64,000 nucleotides of DNA from Thermotogota bacterium ADurb.Bin062 (GTDB lineage: Bacteria; Thermotogota; Thermotogae; MWEM01), in the NCBI GenBank assembly GCA_002071085.1, contig MWEM01000007.1, positions 17,618 through 81,617 on the forward strand. Reading direction: 5' to 3'. Each line of letters starts with the position of its first letter. The stretch's first letter is position 1. Below, one piece after another: positions 34,692 through 44,991 of the stretch. Below the pieces are notes generated by a model that was given only the letters and a program-made list of their open reading frames with translations, did no database searches and was not told where the DNA came from. The translations under genes were made by a program, and so were the position numbers.

Positions 34692-35839
34692 CGACCACGT
34701 TCTTCTTCTGTTTTGAATAAACCGGCATCGATGTACACTTTGTCCAAGGCATCCATAACCTTCGGAAGAGCGAAGTCTTTTATCCTCTTTAGATTCCGCT
34801 CTCCCATTTGAAGGCGTAGGGGGGCGTTAGTGTAAAGCTCTCGGATTTTTTCGGTTAGCGCGCCCACATCGCCGACTTCGACCAAAAAGCCGTTCTCTCC
34901 GTCGATCACGAGATCCCGTGTCCCCCGAATATTTGTGCCCAGGATCGGTTTCCCCGCAGCCATCCCTTCCATCACGCACCGGGGGAGTCCTTCTCGTTTA
35001 GAGGTCAAGACGATCACATCGCTTACGGCGAGTATCTTCGGGATATCATCTCGAAAACCGAGAAAATGGATATTGTTTAAACCGCGCTCTTGGACGTAAC
35101 GGCGGTAGGTTTCCTCCATTGGGCCTTCTCCGACGAGGAGGAGGCGGATGGGCTCGGAGGGCTTGAAACGCTCACAGGCTTCTATAAGCATCAGCTGATT
35201 CTTGTTTTTGTTGAGCTCTCCGATGAACGAGAGGATGAACGCGTCTTCAAAGACATCGAGCGATTTTCTAAATTCCGCACGGTCGAACCCGGCCATTTGA
35301 TACCGTTCGAGGTCGATCCCGACACCGGGGATATAGACCGTCGAGCCGCCCTTCTTCAGGCGGAGGTTCTCTTTTGCCCAGTCGGTATCTTCCCGGTTCA
35401 TCGTAATGAGCGTGTCGGTCCAACGTGCCGCAAGCCGTTCGGCTGTCCCATAGAGTAGACGATGGGAAATGGGTGCGCCACGGTAGACGTGAAGGCCGTG
35501 CGCGGTGTAAGCCACATAGGGTTGCCGAGTCCGTTGCGCTGCCCACCGGCAGAGAAAGGATGCGGCCGGCGTATGGGTGTGTATCGCGTCAAATCGTCTA
35601 GCACGAAAGAGTTTCGTTAAGGCGCGCAGCGCGGCCCCGTTGTCGAACGCGAAAGGGGAACGAGAAAACGGGATATCGTGGCAGATATACCCCTGTGACT
35701 CAAAAAAGCCTAGTCGTTTACTGAACCTCGTAGCGATATGGACTTCGAACCCCCTCTCCTGAAAGTAGGTCAATACCGGGAGATGGAAACCGAAGATATG
35801 GGCTTCTACCGAAGCGACGATCAAAAACGTCTTGTGCAT
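34688..35839 (-). CDS. Glycosyltransferase family 4 (GT-B fold)
   Basis: C-terminal EGLPRCVMEGMAAGKPILGTNIRG...GFLVE matches the GT4 E-x7-E region. Confidence 0.75.
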   Translation of the reverse strand: MHKTFLIVASVEAHIFGFHLPVLTYFQERGFEVHIATRFSKRLGFFESQGYICHDIPFSRSPFAFDNGAALRALTKLFRARRFDAIHTHTPAASFLCRWAAQRTRQPYVAYTAHGLHVYRGAPISHRLLYGTAERLAARWTDTLITMNREDTDWAKENLRLKKGGSTVYIPGVGIDLERYQMAGFDRAEFRKSLDVFEDAFILSFIGELNKNKNQLMLIEACERFKPSEPIRLLLVGEGPMEETYRRYVQERGLNNIHFLGFRDDIPKILAVSDVIVLTSKREGLPRCVMEGMAAGKPILGTNIRGTRDLVIDGENGFLVEVGDVGALTEKIRELYTNAPLRLQMGERNLKRIKDFALPKVMDALDKVYIDAGLFKTEEERGR

Positions 35840-36072
35840 AACCCCCCCTAGAAGCTTACGGGAAATGACGTACTAAGAGTTTCCAAAATGCCTTCATACC
35901 GCCTATTGTAGCATAAAGGGCGGTGGGCTGTGGTATAATGAAACAAGTTTTCGGAAGACCCGATAACGGATGAAGTAGATCCGATATTTCCGCAAACCCC
36001 TAGATACATTTACTGTAAATCGAGCGAAGGGCTTCGGGAGGGTGCGGTAGGAAGCAAAAAGGAGGGAATAGG

Positions 36073-37122
36073 ATGCAATTTCGCATCGGAGAACGGCTGA
36101 TCGGGGATCACGCGCCGGTTTTCATTGTGGCGGAGATGTCGGCCAATCACCAGCAGGATTTCGATGTGGCGGTGAAGATTATCAAAGCAGCGAAAAAAAC
36201 TGGGGCGGATGCCATCAAAATGCAAACGTACACTCCGGATAGCCTCACGATCGACTGCGATAACGAGTACTTTTCTTTAAAACAAGGGACCATATGGGAT
36301 GGGCAGACACTTTACCGACTGTATCAAAAAGCGTATACTCCTTGGGAATGGCAGCCAAAACTCAAGCAGATAGCGGAAGAGGAGGGGATGATCTGTTTCT
36401 CCACCCCCTTCGACACCAAAGCGGTAGACTTCTTGGAAGGGATGAACGTGCCAGCCTATAAAATCGCTTCCTTCGAGATTACCGACATCCCACTCATCGA
36501 ATACATCGCCACGAAGAAAAAACCCGTTCTCTTCTCCACCGGGGTCGCGACGATATCCGATATCGATCTGGCACTAAAAACCCTACGGAACAAAGGGATT
36601 GCGGATATCGTTCTCTTGAAATGCACCAGCGAGTATCCCGCCCCGCTGGAGGCGGCGAACCTGAGAACGATCCCCAATATGGCAGAAACCTTCCGAGTCG
36701 TTCCGGGCTTGTCCGATCATACGCTCGGCATCACGGTGCCGCTCACAGCCGTTGCGTTGGGCGCAAAGGTTATCGAGAAGCATTTTACGCTGGACCGCAG
36801 CGCCGGTGGCGCGGACGCCGCGTTTTCTTTGGAGCCAGAAGAGTTTACGCAGATGGTGCAGGGGATCCGAGAATGTGAGAAGGCGCTCGGGGAGGTCAAC
36901 TACACCGTGGCTGAAAGCACGTTGAAAAAAGGAAGGGTTTTCAGCCGGTCTCTCTTTGTAATCAAAGATATGGAAGCCGGGGAGCTATTCACCTCGGAAA
37001 ACGTGCGGTCGATTCGACCGGGATACGGGCTACATCCCGTTTTTTTGAGGGATATCCTGGGAAAAAAGGCTCGAGTCGACATACGATTTGGAACCCCGCT
37101 CCATTGGGATCTCGTCGATTAA
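36073..37122 (+). CDS. NeuB-family nonulosonic/sialic-acid-type sugar synthase (N-acetylneuraminate/pseudaminic/legionaminic acid synthase-like) with C-terminal SAF domain
   Basis: VFIVAEMSANHQQDF, KMQTY, the TIM-barrel NeuB fold; C-terminal SAF (antifreeze-like) domain. Confidence 0.8.
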   Translation: MQFRIGERLIGDHAPVFIVAEMSANHQQDFDVAVKIIKAAKKTGADAIKMQTYTPDSLTIDCDNEYFSLKQGTIWDGQTLYRLYQKAYTPWEWQPKLKQIAEEEGMICFSTPFDTKAVDFLEGMNVPAYKIASFEITDIPLIEYIATKKKPVLFSTGVATISDIDLALKTLRNKGIADIVLLKCTSEYPAPLEAANLRTIPNMAETFRVVPGLSDHTLGITVPLTAVALGAKVIEKHFTLDRSAGGADAAFSLEPEEFTQMVQGIRECEKALGEVNYTVAESTLKKGRVFSRSLFVIKDMEAGELFTSENVRSIRPGYGLHPVFLRDILGKKARVDIRFGTPLHWDLVD

Positions 37123-37131
37123 GAGGTTTTA

Positions 37132-38025
37132 ATGGGGTCTTTAATCAAGTTAGGTCCGCCAGAGATCCTAAAAGCCTTTGAAGTTTTTTACGTAAAAGCG
37201 TTATCGAATATCGATTTCCATTCTATCTACCAAAAGATCGGGAAGCGCGGTTCCGAAGACTACTTGGGGTTCGTGGTCAGCGCTCCCGCCTACCCGCCTC
37301 TGTATATTTTAAGCCAAAGACAGGGGCCCATCGTTATCGGTCTTGGATCGAATGTGCGAGAGCTCATCAGAAAATACGGCTCTGCGGAGATGTCGACCCC
37401 GCCCTTTTTCTTCGATTTGTACCGGGAGCTCTTTCGGGCTTACACCGATACACTTCCGGAGAAAGGGCAAGTCAAATGCTTCTACTCCATTTTGGGAGGC
37501 GAAATGGTCAATGTGCCCTCCTTCGCGTTTTTAGGCCAGGAAAAAACGTCTAAAACGCTCTTAATGAGGGAGTCGGTTCAAGGTCACGAAAAAATGCTCG
37601 TCGCTGGGTTTTTCTCAGAGGAAGCGATGGGAAACCTGTTGGGCGCCTACGAAAAATGGCACGGGAAGGGTTACCGTTTCGATTTTGAAGAAGATCTGGC
37701 GAGTCTCTCTCTCAAGTTCCCGAAAGAAGCCACCCCGAAATACGCTTTAAGCGAGTATCGGTTGATTTCAAAGCTCATCAAACAGCTCTTGATCGAATGG
37801 TTCCCCCACCTTTTTGAACCTGGAGAGATCGGTTTGGTCTTTCCCGACAACACCTATACTTTGATGAGCATACGCCTATTGTTCAAAAATTTACCGAAAC
37901 TGATGGTTAGTCTGAGTCCCTTTCTCGCGCAATTCCACAGCGTTTTGGACCTATGCGCGAAGACGCTTTCCGAGCAATTGCATGCGGGACTTCGGTTTTT
38001 TGAACGGACGGACACGCTCCCCTGA
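37132..38025 (+). CDS. Hypothetical protein (297 aa), translationally linked downstream of the NeuB-like gene
   Basis: 9-nt gap after NeuB; no recognisable motifs; not membrane-associated. Confidence 0.5.
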   Translation: MGSLIKLGPPEILKAFEVFYVKALSNIDFHSIYQKIGKRGSEDYLGFVVSAPAYPPLYILSQRQGPIVIGLGSNVRELIRKYGSAEMSTPPFFFDLYRELFRAYTDTLPEKGQVKCFYSILGGEMVNVPSFAFLGQEKTSKTLLMRESVQGHEKMLVAGFFSEEAMGNLLGAYEKWHGKGYRFDFEEDLASLSLKFPKEATPKYALSEYRLISKLIKQLLIEWFPHLFEPGEIGLVFPDNTYTLMSIRLLFKNLPKLMVSLSPFLAQFHSVLDLCAKTLSEQLHAGLRFFERTDTLP

Positions 38026-38048
38026 AGAACAGAGAAGGGGTTTTTCTA

Positions 38049-38600
38049 ATGATCGCATTAACGATAACAGGTGGCGAGTTTAAAGGTCGAAGGATAAAAG
38101 CGCTCGCCAACGAGGTTACGCGGTATACGTCGGAAAAGGTACGGCTGGCGTGCTTTTCGATCTTGAAGGGACATCGCGATATCGCCACCAGCCATTTCGC
38201 CGACCTATGTGCGGGGAGCGGCGTCGTCGGAATCGAGGCGCTTAGCCGTGGGGCGCCGTTCGTGGAATTCTACGATCTGTCGCGAGAGTCCGAAAAAGCG
38301 ATCGCGACCTCGCTACGTGAACTAGGGGTTCAGGACCGCGCGCGGGTGTACCGTCGAAACCTATTAATTTCGAGTAGAAAGCTGCGGCTCGAATCTGAGG
38401 TTGTCTTTATCGACCCTCCCTTTCACGACGACATCGCGCAAAAGTTTTTTCAAACCTTTGCGGATTCACCTAATTTGATGATAAAAAACGCGTTGCTGAT
38501 GATAGAATATAGGAAAAGCATTCCGGATATAACCGGATTCGAAAGGCTTCATACGTATCGGTACGGAACAGTGTTTCTGAACCTCTTTCGAAAAGAATAG
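38049..38600 (+). CDS. rsmD: 16S rRNA (guanine966-N2)-methyltransferase
   Basis: ITGGEFKGRRI, DLCAGSGVVGIEALSRGA, IDPPF. Confidence 0.8.
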   Translation: MIALTITGGEFKGRRIKALANEVTRYTSEKVRLACFSILKGHRDIATSHFADLCAGSGVVGIEALSRGAPFVEFYDLSRESEKAIATSLRELGVQDRARVYRRNLLISSRKLRLESEVVFIDPPFHDDIAQKFFQTFADSPNLMIKNALLMIEYRKSIPDITGFERLHTYRYGTVFLNLFRKE

Positions 38601-38618
38601 AAGGCAGGCGAACGAGAG

Positions 38619-39578
38619 ATGAATGCGATCGGAGTGGATCTCGGGGGTACGAACATCAAAGCCGCGCTCGTGTCCCAAGACGGGAAGTTTTTAGCGAAAA
38701 AACACGTGAAAACGGAGGTGTCCTCCGGTAAGGAAAGGGTCGCGGCCAAAATCGCCGATATCGTCAACGATTTAGGCCAAGGCGACCGATCGATATGTGT
38801 CGGCATCGGCTCACCCGGCTCCATCGATCGAAAGAATGGGCTTGTTCGATTTTCGCCAAATCTCCCGGGTTGGCTGGATTTTCCCCTTGCGCCGCTGGTT
38901 TCAGAAAAAACGGGGCGCGAGGTTTTGATCGAAAACGACGCGAAGGCCGCCGCGCTGGGAGAAAAATGGTTCGGAGAAGCGCGCGGGTGCGATAGCTTCA
39001 TCGTGCTGACCTTAGGGACCGGTGTGGGCGGAGGGGCCGTGACGAACGGTCAACTTCTCATAGGCGGAGGCGGAATCGGCGGGGAGCTGGGCCATATGTG
39101 CGTGGATCCTCGAGGCCCGCTTTGCGGATGCGGGAGCCACGGGTGTTTGGAATGCTACGCGAGTAGCTCCGGGATGCGCAGGTTGGCGGAAGAGTATCGC
39201 GCGCGATACCCACACTCTTTAGTATTCCAAGAACAATCGGGTGGGCAATTTGAAGCGATAGCCGCGTTCTCCGCTTACCAGAGGGGAGACCCGTTAGCGG
39301 AGATCATATACGAGCGGTTCGTGTTCGCGATGGGCGTCGCGATCGGCTCTTTGGTGAACATCTTCAACCCCGAAAAGATCATTTTAAGCGGGGGGATCTC
39401 TTCTTCCGCGCCTTTGTATTTAGAAAAGGTGAAAAAGATCTCCAACGAGTACACGGTTCTATCGATGATGAATTCTTTCGATATCGTGCAAAGTTCGCTA
39501 AAAGAGAACGCAGCGATCTACGGCGCCGCATCGATCGTTTTTGACAGGAAACTACCACATACATCGGAGGTGCTCTAA
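38619..39578 (+). CDS. ROK family glucokinase
   Basis: GVDLGGTNIK, the ROK signature and the zinc motif CGCGSHGCLEC. Confidence 0.8.
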   Translation: MNAIGVDLGGTNIKAALVSQDGKFLAKKHVKTEVSSGKERVAAKIADIVNDLGQGDRSICVGIGSPGSIDRKNGLVRFSPNLPGWLDFPLAPLVSEKTGREVLIENDAKAAALGEKWFGEARGCDSFIVLTLGTGVGGGAVTNGQLLIGGGGIGGELGHMCVDPRGPLCGCGSHGCLECYASSSGMRRLAEEYRARYPHSLVFQEQSGGQFEAIAAFSAYQRGDPLAEIIYERFVFAMGVAIGSLVNIFNPEKIILSGGISSSAPLYLEKVKKISNEYTVLSMMNSFDIVQSSLKENAAIYGAASIVFDRKLPHTSEVL

Positions 39579-40516
39579 TGGCAGTGAACTTGAAAGGAAA
39601 GCATTTGATCGGGATCAAGCACTTGACGCCCGAAGAATTTGTGCAGTACGTTCAGATGTCCGAGGCGTTGAAGAGAGATTATTTGGCCGGCTACAGAAAC
39701 GAGTTGTTGAAAAACAGAACCTTGGCGCAGATCTTCCAAAAACCTTCTTTACGAACTCGGGTTTCTTTTGAATCCGCGATGACCCATCTCGGGGGACACG
39801 GGATCTATCTGGGACCGGATGATATCAGACTGGGACAACGCGAGACGACCGAAGACATCGCGAAGGTATTGTCCGGCCTTTGCGACGTGATTATGGCCAG
39901 AGTGTTCAAACACGAGGCGATATTGGATCTGGCCAAGTACGCGACCGTTCCGATAATTAATGGCCTTTGCGACACCGAACATCCCACTCAGATTATCGGT
40001 GACTTTCTAACCATCTGGGAGAAGTTCCGGAAGTTCGAAGGTTTGAAAATGACCTATATCGGAGACGGAAACAACGTCTGCAATTCTCTGATCTATGGGT
40101 CTGCATTGGTTGGAACGCGTTTCACCGCCATCTGTGCGCCTGGATACGAGCCCAAGCCGGAAGTGATCCGAGACGCGAACGCCATCATCGCGAAATACAA
40201 TACCGGTAGCGTCATAGAAGTGTCGAACCATCTCGATGCTGTGGCGGGCTCGGATATCATTTACACGGACGTTTGGGCCAGTATGGGCCAGGAATCAGAA
40301 GCCGAAGAACGGAAAAAGATATTTATGTCATACCAGATCACGATGCCGGTCTTTAAGAAGGCGAAGCCAACGGCGATCTTCATGCACTGCCTGCCCGCGC
40401 ATTACGGAGAGGAAGTCGTCTACGAGGTAGCGCACTGTGAGAGGAGCGTCATCTTCGACCAAGCCGAAAACAGATTGCACTCGATAAAGGCCATTTTGGT
40501 GCTCTTGACGCCATAA
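39578..40516 (+). CDS. argF: Ornithine carbamoyltransferase
   Basis: SLRTRVSFE (carbamoyl-P site), HPTQ, DVWASMG, HCLP (OTCase-specific). Confidence 0.85.
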   Translation: MAVNLKGKHLIGIKHLTPEEFVQYVQMSEALKRDYLAGYRNELLKNRTLAQIFQKPSLRTRVSFESAMTHLGGHGIYLGPDDIRLGQRETTEDIAKVLSGLCDVIMARVFKHEAILDLAKYATVPIINGLCDTEHPTQIIGDFLTIWEKFRKFEGLKMTYIGDGNNVCNSLIYGSALVGTRFTAICAPGYEPKPEVIRDANAIIAKYNTGSVIEVSNHLDAVAGSDIIYTDVWASMGQESEAEERKKIFMSYQITMPVFKKAKPTAIFMHCLPAHYGEEVVYEVAHCERSVIFDQAENRLHSIKAILVLLTP

Positions 40517-40616
40517 ATTCACCAGGAGGTTTCTGCGTCGACACCCGGAAGCCTCCTCCTTAATAGAGTCGCTCGCGGTCTCGTAATCTCGACTTTCTAA
40601 AAAGGGAGCGTTTTCG

Positions 40617-42896
40617 ATGAGGATACTGCCGAAATTGGAGCTCTTCATCTTATCTGCGTGCATGACCCTGACCCTATGTTTTAACCTGTTTGGACATTGG
40701 CAGGAAAAACGCATCTTGCTCACATCTTTCTACGATTCCTCGGAAACGGAAATCTTGCATTTTGAAAAGGTGATGGACGCGTTTTTTATAGAGGCGAAAG
40801 CCAACGTGTTGTTTCTCGAGGAACTGCTCGCGGAGGTTCCTTTAGACGATACCCTCTTCTCTTTGGTAGGATTGACCGGAGAAGGCAAGGTGCTCCCTTC
40901 CTATACCTCGGAAACGGATCTACGGTTGTTATCTCTCTTCGACGGATTTCTTAAAACGCATCGCCAGTTCTTGATGGCCTATTTCGGTTCGGCCAACGGG
41001 GGGTATATCGAGGTCCCGGTAATCGAACTGGGTAAAGGCTATGACCCGAGAGTTCGCCCTTGGTTTCAGAAAGCCTTACAGAACCCGGGCCAGGTGAACA
41101 TCACAGAAGTGTATCAAACCCTCTTCTCCGAGGTTCCGCAGTTGGGCATAGTGAAAGCGGTCTCACGCGGAGGTACTCTGTGCGGCGTCCTTGGATTAAG
41201 CCTTTCTCTGAAGGCCCTGACGGATATGATTCGCCAGGGTAAAATCCAAAGGATCGGAAACGTGTTTTTGGTCGATGCTTCCGATAGGGTATTGGCGAAC
41301 TCTATGGACCCTATGTATAACTTCGGTCCTTTGTCAGCCTTGTCGTCCGAGTTGCCCGAAGGGTCCATAGGAAGGACGTGGCGTCTGAACATAAACGGCA
41401 AGAGAACCCTCGGCGTTTCTGCCCGAAGCCAGATTCTCCCCTGGCGTTACATTGTTTTCGTCGATGAGGACGAACTGTTCGAACCTCTGAAACTTAATGC
41501 CTTCTGGTTCTCGCTCATCACGCTAGGTATTTTATTTTTTGTGGTGTTCTTTACGATTCCTGTCAGTCGCGGGTTCTCTCGCCCGATCGAAGAGCTATCC
41601 AGACAGATGGTTCGGTTCGGAAAACAACACTTTTTTGAACAAATCCACGTGAAGGGCTTCCGAGAAATCGAAGAGATGTCCGACTCCTTCAATGAGATGA
41701 CCGGGGAGCTTAAAACACTGATAGAAAAGAACAAAGCCTATTACGACGAACTCGAGCGCATAAACCTGGCGCTTAAACGGAGAAACATCGAACTGGAAAA
41801 CACGAGCGAGCACCTTTTTGACTATTCGAGCAGGATGGAAGAGATGATTTCGATCACTTCTCGGATGTGCTCGTCGACGATCGAAAAGGACGAAAGCTTC
41901 CTTAAGGACGCGTTAGAGATGATTTTGGACCTGGTCCCGAAGGCCGATTACGGGAGCGTCTCTCTGGTGGAAGACGATAAATGGCGTTTTGTGCATACGG
42001 TTGGCCACGACATCGAGACCCTGAAACAGCTTCCGCTCACCGTCGATATGCTCGAGGAACTACAAAACGCGAAATCGCTCGAGCGCTTGATGGAAGCCGA
42101 CGATGGGGTCTTTCCACCTGATTTGAGCGACGCTTTTCGTCGTGCGACCCGATCGATTAGAGCCTCTATTCTGATACCCCTGAAGTTCAGCGGGCAAACC
42201 TTGGGGACTCTGTCCATCGAGATCGCGAAGGAAAGCGATGAGCAGTTTACGAGCTCAGACTACAAAATCCTACAGACCTTCTCGAACCTGGCGTCGGCTT
42301 TTCTGAAGATTCAGAAGTACATCCAACAGCAAGAAGGTTTCCAGAAAGATCTGATCACCTCTATGATCCGTTTGCTGGAAATCCACGACCCATATACGAA
42401 GGGGCATTCGGAGAATGTGGCGAACCTCTCTATCACGATCGCGGAAGCGATGGGTTTAGATAAAACGCTCGTCTCGCGCGTTTTTTGGTCCGGAATGGTG
42501 CACGATATCGGGAAGGTGCTGGTTCCGGGAGTCATCCTGTCCAAACCCTCTATGCTGACGTTGAAAGAGTACAACCTCATCAAAGAGCATCCCGTGTGGG
42601 GGGCCCGGGTGTTGGAGCCCTTCGAAGACCTCAAAGACGTCGCGAAGTATGTGCGACATCACCACGAACGGTGGGATGGGCTGGGTTACCCCGAAGGGAT
42701 CGGGGGAGAAACCATTCCACTCGTATCGCGGATACTGTCCGTGGCAGACGCGTTGGAAGCTATGACGAGCGATCGGCCTTACCGAAAAAGAGTATCGTTA
42801 ACTGCCGCGTTGAGGGAGATCGAGAACAATGCGGGATCCCAATTCGATCCGAAGATCGCTGAAATCGCAGTAAGATCGATTAAAAAACTTGCTTAG
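40617..42896 (+). CDS. Membrane sensor with periplasmic Cache-like domain, HAMP, GAF-like region and C-terminal HD-GYP phosphodiesterase domain
   Basis: Two TM segments bracket a ~270-aa periplasmic domain. The C-terminus reads HDPYTKGHSENV...HDIGKV...HHERWDGLGYPEG, the HD-GYP signature. Confidence 0.75.
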   Translation: MRILPKLELFILSACMTLTLCFNLFGHWQEKRILLTSFYDSSETEILHFEKVMDAFFIEAKANVLFLEELLAEVPLDDTLFSLVGLTGEGKVLPSYTSETDLRLLSLFDGFLKTHRQFLMAYFGSANGGYIEVPVIELGKGYDPRVRPWFQKALQNPGQVNITEVYQTLFSEVPQLGIVKAVSRGGTLCGVLGLSLSLKALTDMIRQGKIQRIGNVFLVDASDRVLANSMDPMYNFGPLSALSSELPEGSIGRTWRLNINGKRTLGVSARSQILPWRYIVFVDEDELFEPLKLNAFWFSLITLGILFFVVFFTIPVSRGFSRPIEELSRQMVRFGKQHFFEQIHVKGFREIEEMSDSFNEMTGELKTLIEKNKAYYDELERINLALKRRNIELENTSEHLFDYSSRMEEMISITSRMCSSTIEKDESFLKDALEMILDLVPKADYGSVSLVEDDKWRFVHTVGHDIETLKQLPLTVDMLEELQNAKSLERLMEADDGVFPPDLSDAFRRATRSIRASILIPLKFSGQTLGTLSIEIAKESDEQFTSSDYKILQTFSNLASAFLKIQKYIQQQEGFQKDLITSMIRLLEIHDPYTKGHSENVANLSITIAEAMGLDKTLVSRVFWSGMVHDIGKVLVPGVILSKPSMLTLKEYNLIKEHPVWGARVLEPFEDLKDVAKYVRHHHERWDGLGYPEGIGGETIPLVSRILSVADALEAMTSDRPYRKRVSLTAALREIENNAGSQFDPKIAEIAVRSIKKLA

Positions 42897-42942
42897 ATAC
42901 AAAGAGAAAGGATATTTCTCTCGATCAAATCCACCGACCGTA

Positions 42943-42951
42943 TGTTATAAT
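42943..42951 (+). promoter_or_regulatory. Extended -10 element (TGTTATAAT) upstream of the methylmalonyl-CoA operon
   Basis: tgttataat about 50 nt upstream of the ATG at 43004; RBS aaaaggagg. Confidence 0.3.
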
Positions 42952-43003
42952 TCTAAACGAAAGGGCCAAAGAAAACGCGGCTTTTCCGCAAAAGGAGGTA
43001 ACG

Positions 43004-43414
43004 ATGGCGATATCTCATATCGATCATATCGGGATAGCGGTTTCGTCCCTAGAAAAGGTCAAACCTTTCTATGAGGAAGGTTTGGGTATTCGTGTAGAAG
43101 AGGTGGAGGAGTTACCTCAAAAACATCTAAAAGTGGCCTTCATTCCCGTGGGCGATACGCGCATCGAGCTTTTGGAGCCAACATCCGAAGCCTCCACGGT
43201 CCACCAGTTTATACAGAAGCGAGGAGAGGGCATTCATCACATCGCGTTCCACGTGGATGATATCGAAGCGTCGATCGCTCAATTGAAGGAGATGGGCTAC
43301 CGGTTGCTGAGCGAGGTTCCGGAGGAAGGCGCAGGCGGGACAAAGATCGTTTTTTTGCACCCGAAGAGCGGCTTCGGGGTCTTAATAGAGTTGGTCGAAG
43401 GAGAAGGCCACTAA
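43004..43414 (+). CDS. Methylmalonyl-CoA epimerase (VOC/glyoxalase fold)
   Basis: HIDHIGIAV, RIELLEP, GEGIHHIAFHVDDI. Confidence 0.8.
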   Translation: MAISHIDHIGIAVSSLEKVKPFYEEGLGIRVEEVEELPQKHLKVAFIPVGDTRIELLEPTSEASTVHQFIQKRGEGIHHIAFHVDDIEASIAQLKEMGYRLLSEVPEEGAGGTKIVFLHPKSGFGVLIELVEGEGH

Positions 43415-43429
43415 GAGAGGAGAAGGTTT

Positions 43430-44983
43430 ATGAACGATATGGATTCACTGAATCAGGCTTTCATAGAAAAGCGCAACGCCGTGTATGAAGGCGGTGGGCC
43501 GAAAGCCGTCGAAAAACAACATCAGGCGAAAAAAATGACGGCTCGAGAACGGATCCATCAATTGCTGGACAAGGGCAGTTTCTTTGAGATAGACACGTTC
43601 GTCCAACACCGGTGCGTCAATTTTGACCTTAAGGATAAAACCATCCCCGAAGACGCGGTCATCACAGGTTTCGGGAACATCGGAGATAAAAAAGTCGGGG
43701 TGTTTTCCCAAGACTTTACGGTGATGGGCGGCTCTCTTGGAGAGATGCACGCGAAAAAGATCATGAAGATACAAGACCTCTGCCTAAAAATGGGAATTCC
43801 ACTCATCGGAATCAACGATTCCGGTGGAGCTCGAATCCAAGAAGCCGTGGACGCTTTGTTTGGATATGGCGGCATCTTCTTTCGCAACACCCGGTCAAGC
43901 GGAGTAATACCGCAAATCTCGATCATTATGGGGCCCTGCGCGGGCGGCGCGGTCTACTCTCCCGCGATCACCGATTTTGTGATTATGGTCGATCAGGTCG
44001 CCAAAATGTTTATCACAGGTCCCCAAGTCATTAAGGCCGTGACGGGAGAAGACGTGTCCCAGGAAGAGTTGGGAGGCGCGAAGGTCCACAACCAGAAAAG
44101 CGGTAACGCCCACTTTTTAGCGGTAAATGACGAAGAAGCGTTAGAAATTTGTCGAAGGCTTTTCGATTACATCCCATCCAACAACACCGAATTCGCTAAA
44201 ACCATCCCGCTGGAAACTGTCAACCTCGATAACCTGGCCGATGTCGGAAAGATGATACCGGTAGACGGGAAAAAGGGTTACGACGTCAAGCAAGTGATTA
44301 ACGGCATTGTCGACCGGGAGAGCTTTATGGAAGTGCATGCGCTTTACGCGCTCAATATCGTCGTCGGATTTGCCCGCCTCGGAGGGATTCCGATAGGGGT
44401 TGTCGCGAACCAGCCGAGTCAATGGGCCGGCAGCCTCGATATCAATGCCTCGGACAAAGCCGCGCGATTCATCCGCTTCTTGGATGCCTTCAATCTACCC
44501 ATTGTGACCCTGGTCGATACGCCGGGCTTCTTACCCGGTACCGCGCAAGAGTTCAACGGGATCATCCGTCACGGGGCGAAGCTACTCTACGCCTACAGCG
44601 AGGCCGTCGTGCCGAAGATTACGGTGATCTTAAGGAAAGCGTACGGGGGGGCATACATCGCGATGGGCAGCCAACATTTGGGGGCGGATTTCGTCTGCGC
44701 GTTGCCGACCGGGGAGATTGCTGTGATGGGACCCGAAGGCGCCGCGAACATCATCTTCAAAAAAGAAATCGACCAATCGGAAAACCCCGAGCAACTCAGA
44801 ACCGAAAAGATCGAACAATACCGGGCGCAATTTGCGAATCCCTATGTCGCCGCTTCCAGAGGGTATATCGATCAAGTGATCTCACCGGATGAGATGAGAG
44901 AGGCGATCTACCAAAACCTAACGCTCGCGAAAAATAAGGTGGAACCCTACCCCGACAAAAAACACGGGAACATTCCGTTATAG
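43430..44983 (+). CDS. Acyl-CoA carboxyltransferase (methylmalonyl-CoA decarboxylase alpha / propionyl-CoA carboxylase beta family)
   Basis: TARERIHQLLDKGSF, MGGSLGE, INDSGGARIQE, and the full two-domain crotonase-like carboxyltransferase fold. Confidence 0.85.
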   Translation: MNDMDSLNQAFIEKRNAVYEGGGPKAVEKQHQAKKMTARERIHQLLDKGSFFEIDTFVQHRCVNFDLKDKTIPEDAVITGFGNIGDKKVGVFSQDFTVMGGSLGEMHAKKIMKIQDLCLKMGIPLIGINDSGGARIQEAVDALFGYGGIFFRNTRSSGVIPQISIIMGPCAGGAVYSPAITDFVIMVDQVAKMFITGPQVIKAVTGEDVSQEELGGAKVHNQKSGNAHFLAVNDEEALEICRRLFDYIPSNNTEFAKTIPLETVNLDNLADVGKMIPVDGKKGYDVKQVINGIVDRESFMEVHALYALNIVVGFARLGGIPIGVVANQPSQWAGSLDINASDKAARFIRFLDAFNLPIVTLVDTPGFLPGTAQEFNGIIRHGAKLLYAYSEAVVPKITVILRKAYGGAYIAMGSQHLGADFVCALPTGEIAVMGPEGAANIIFKKEIDQSENPEQLRTEKIEQYRAQFANPYVAASRGYIDQVISPDEMREAIYQNLTLAKNKVEPYPDKKHGNIPL

Positions 44984-44991
44984 GAGAGGTT

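Noticed and set aside
40517-40560. Imperfect hairpin caggaggtttc...gaagcctcctcc after argF as a terminator
   Set aside because: The stem has a mismatch and no clear T-run follows; too weak to annotate.
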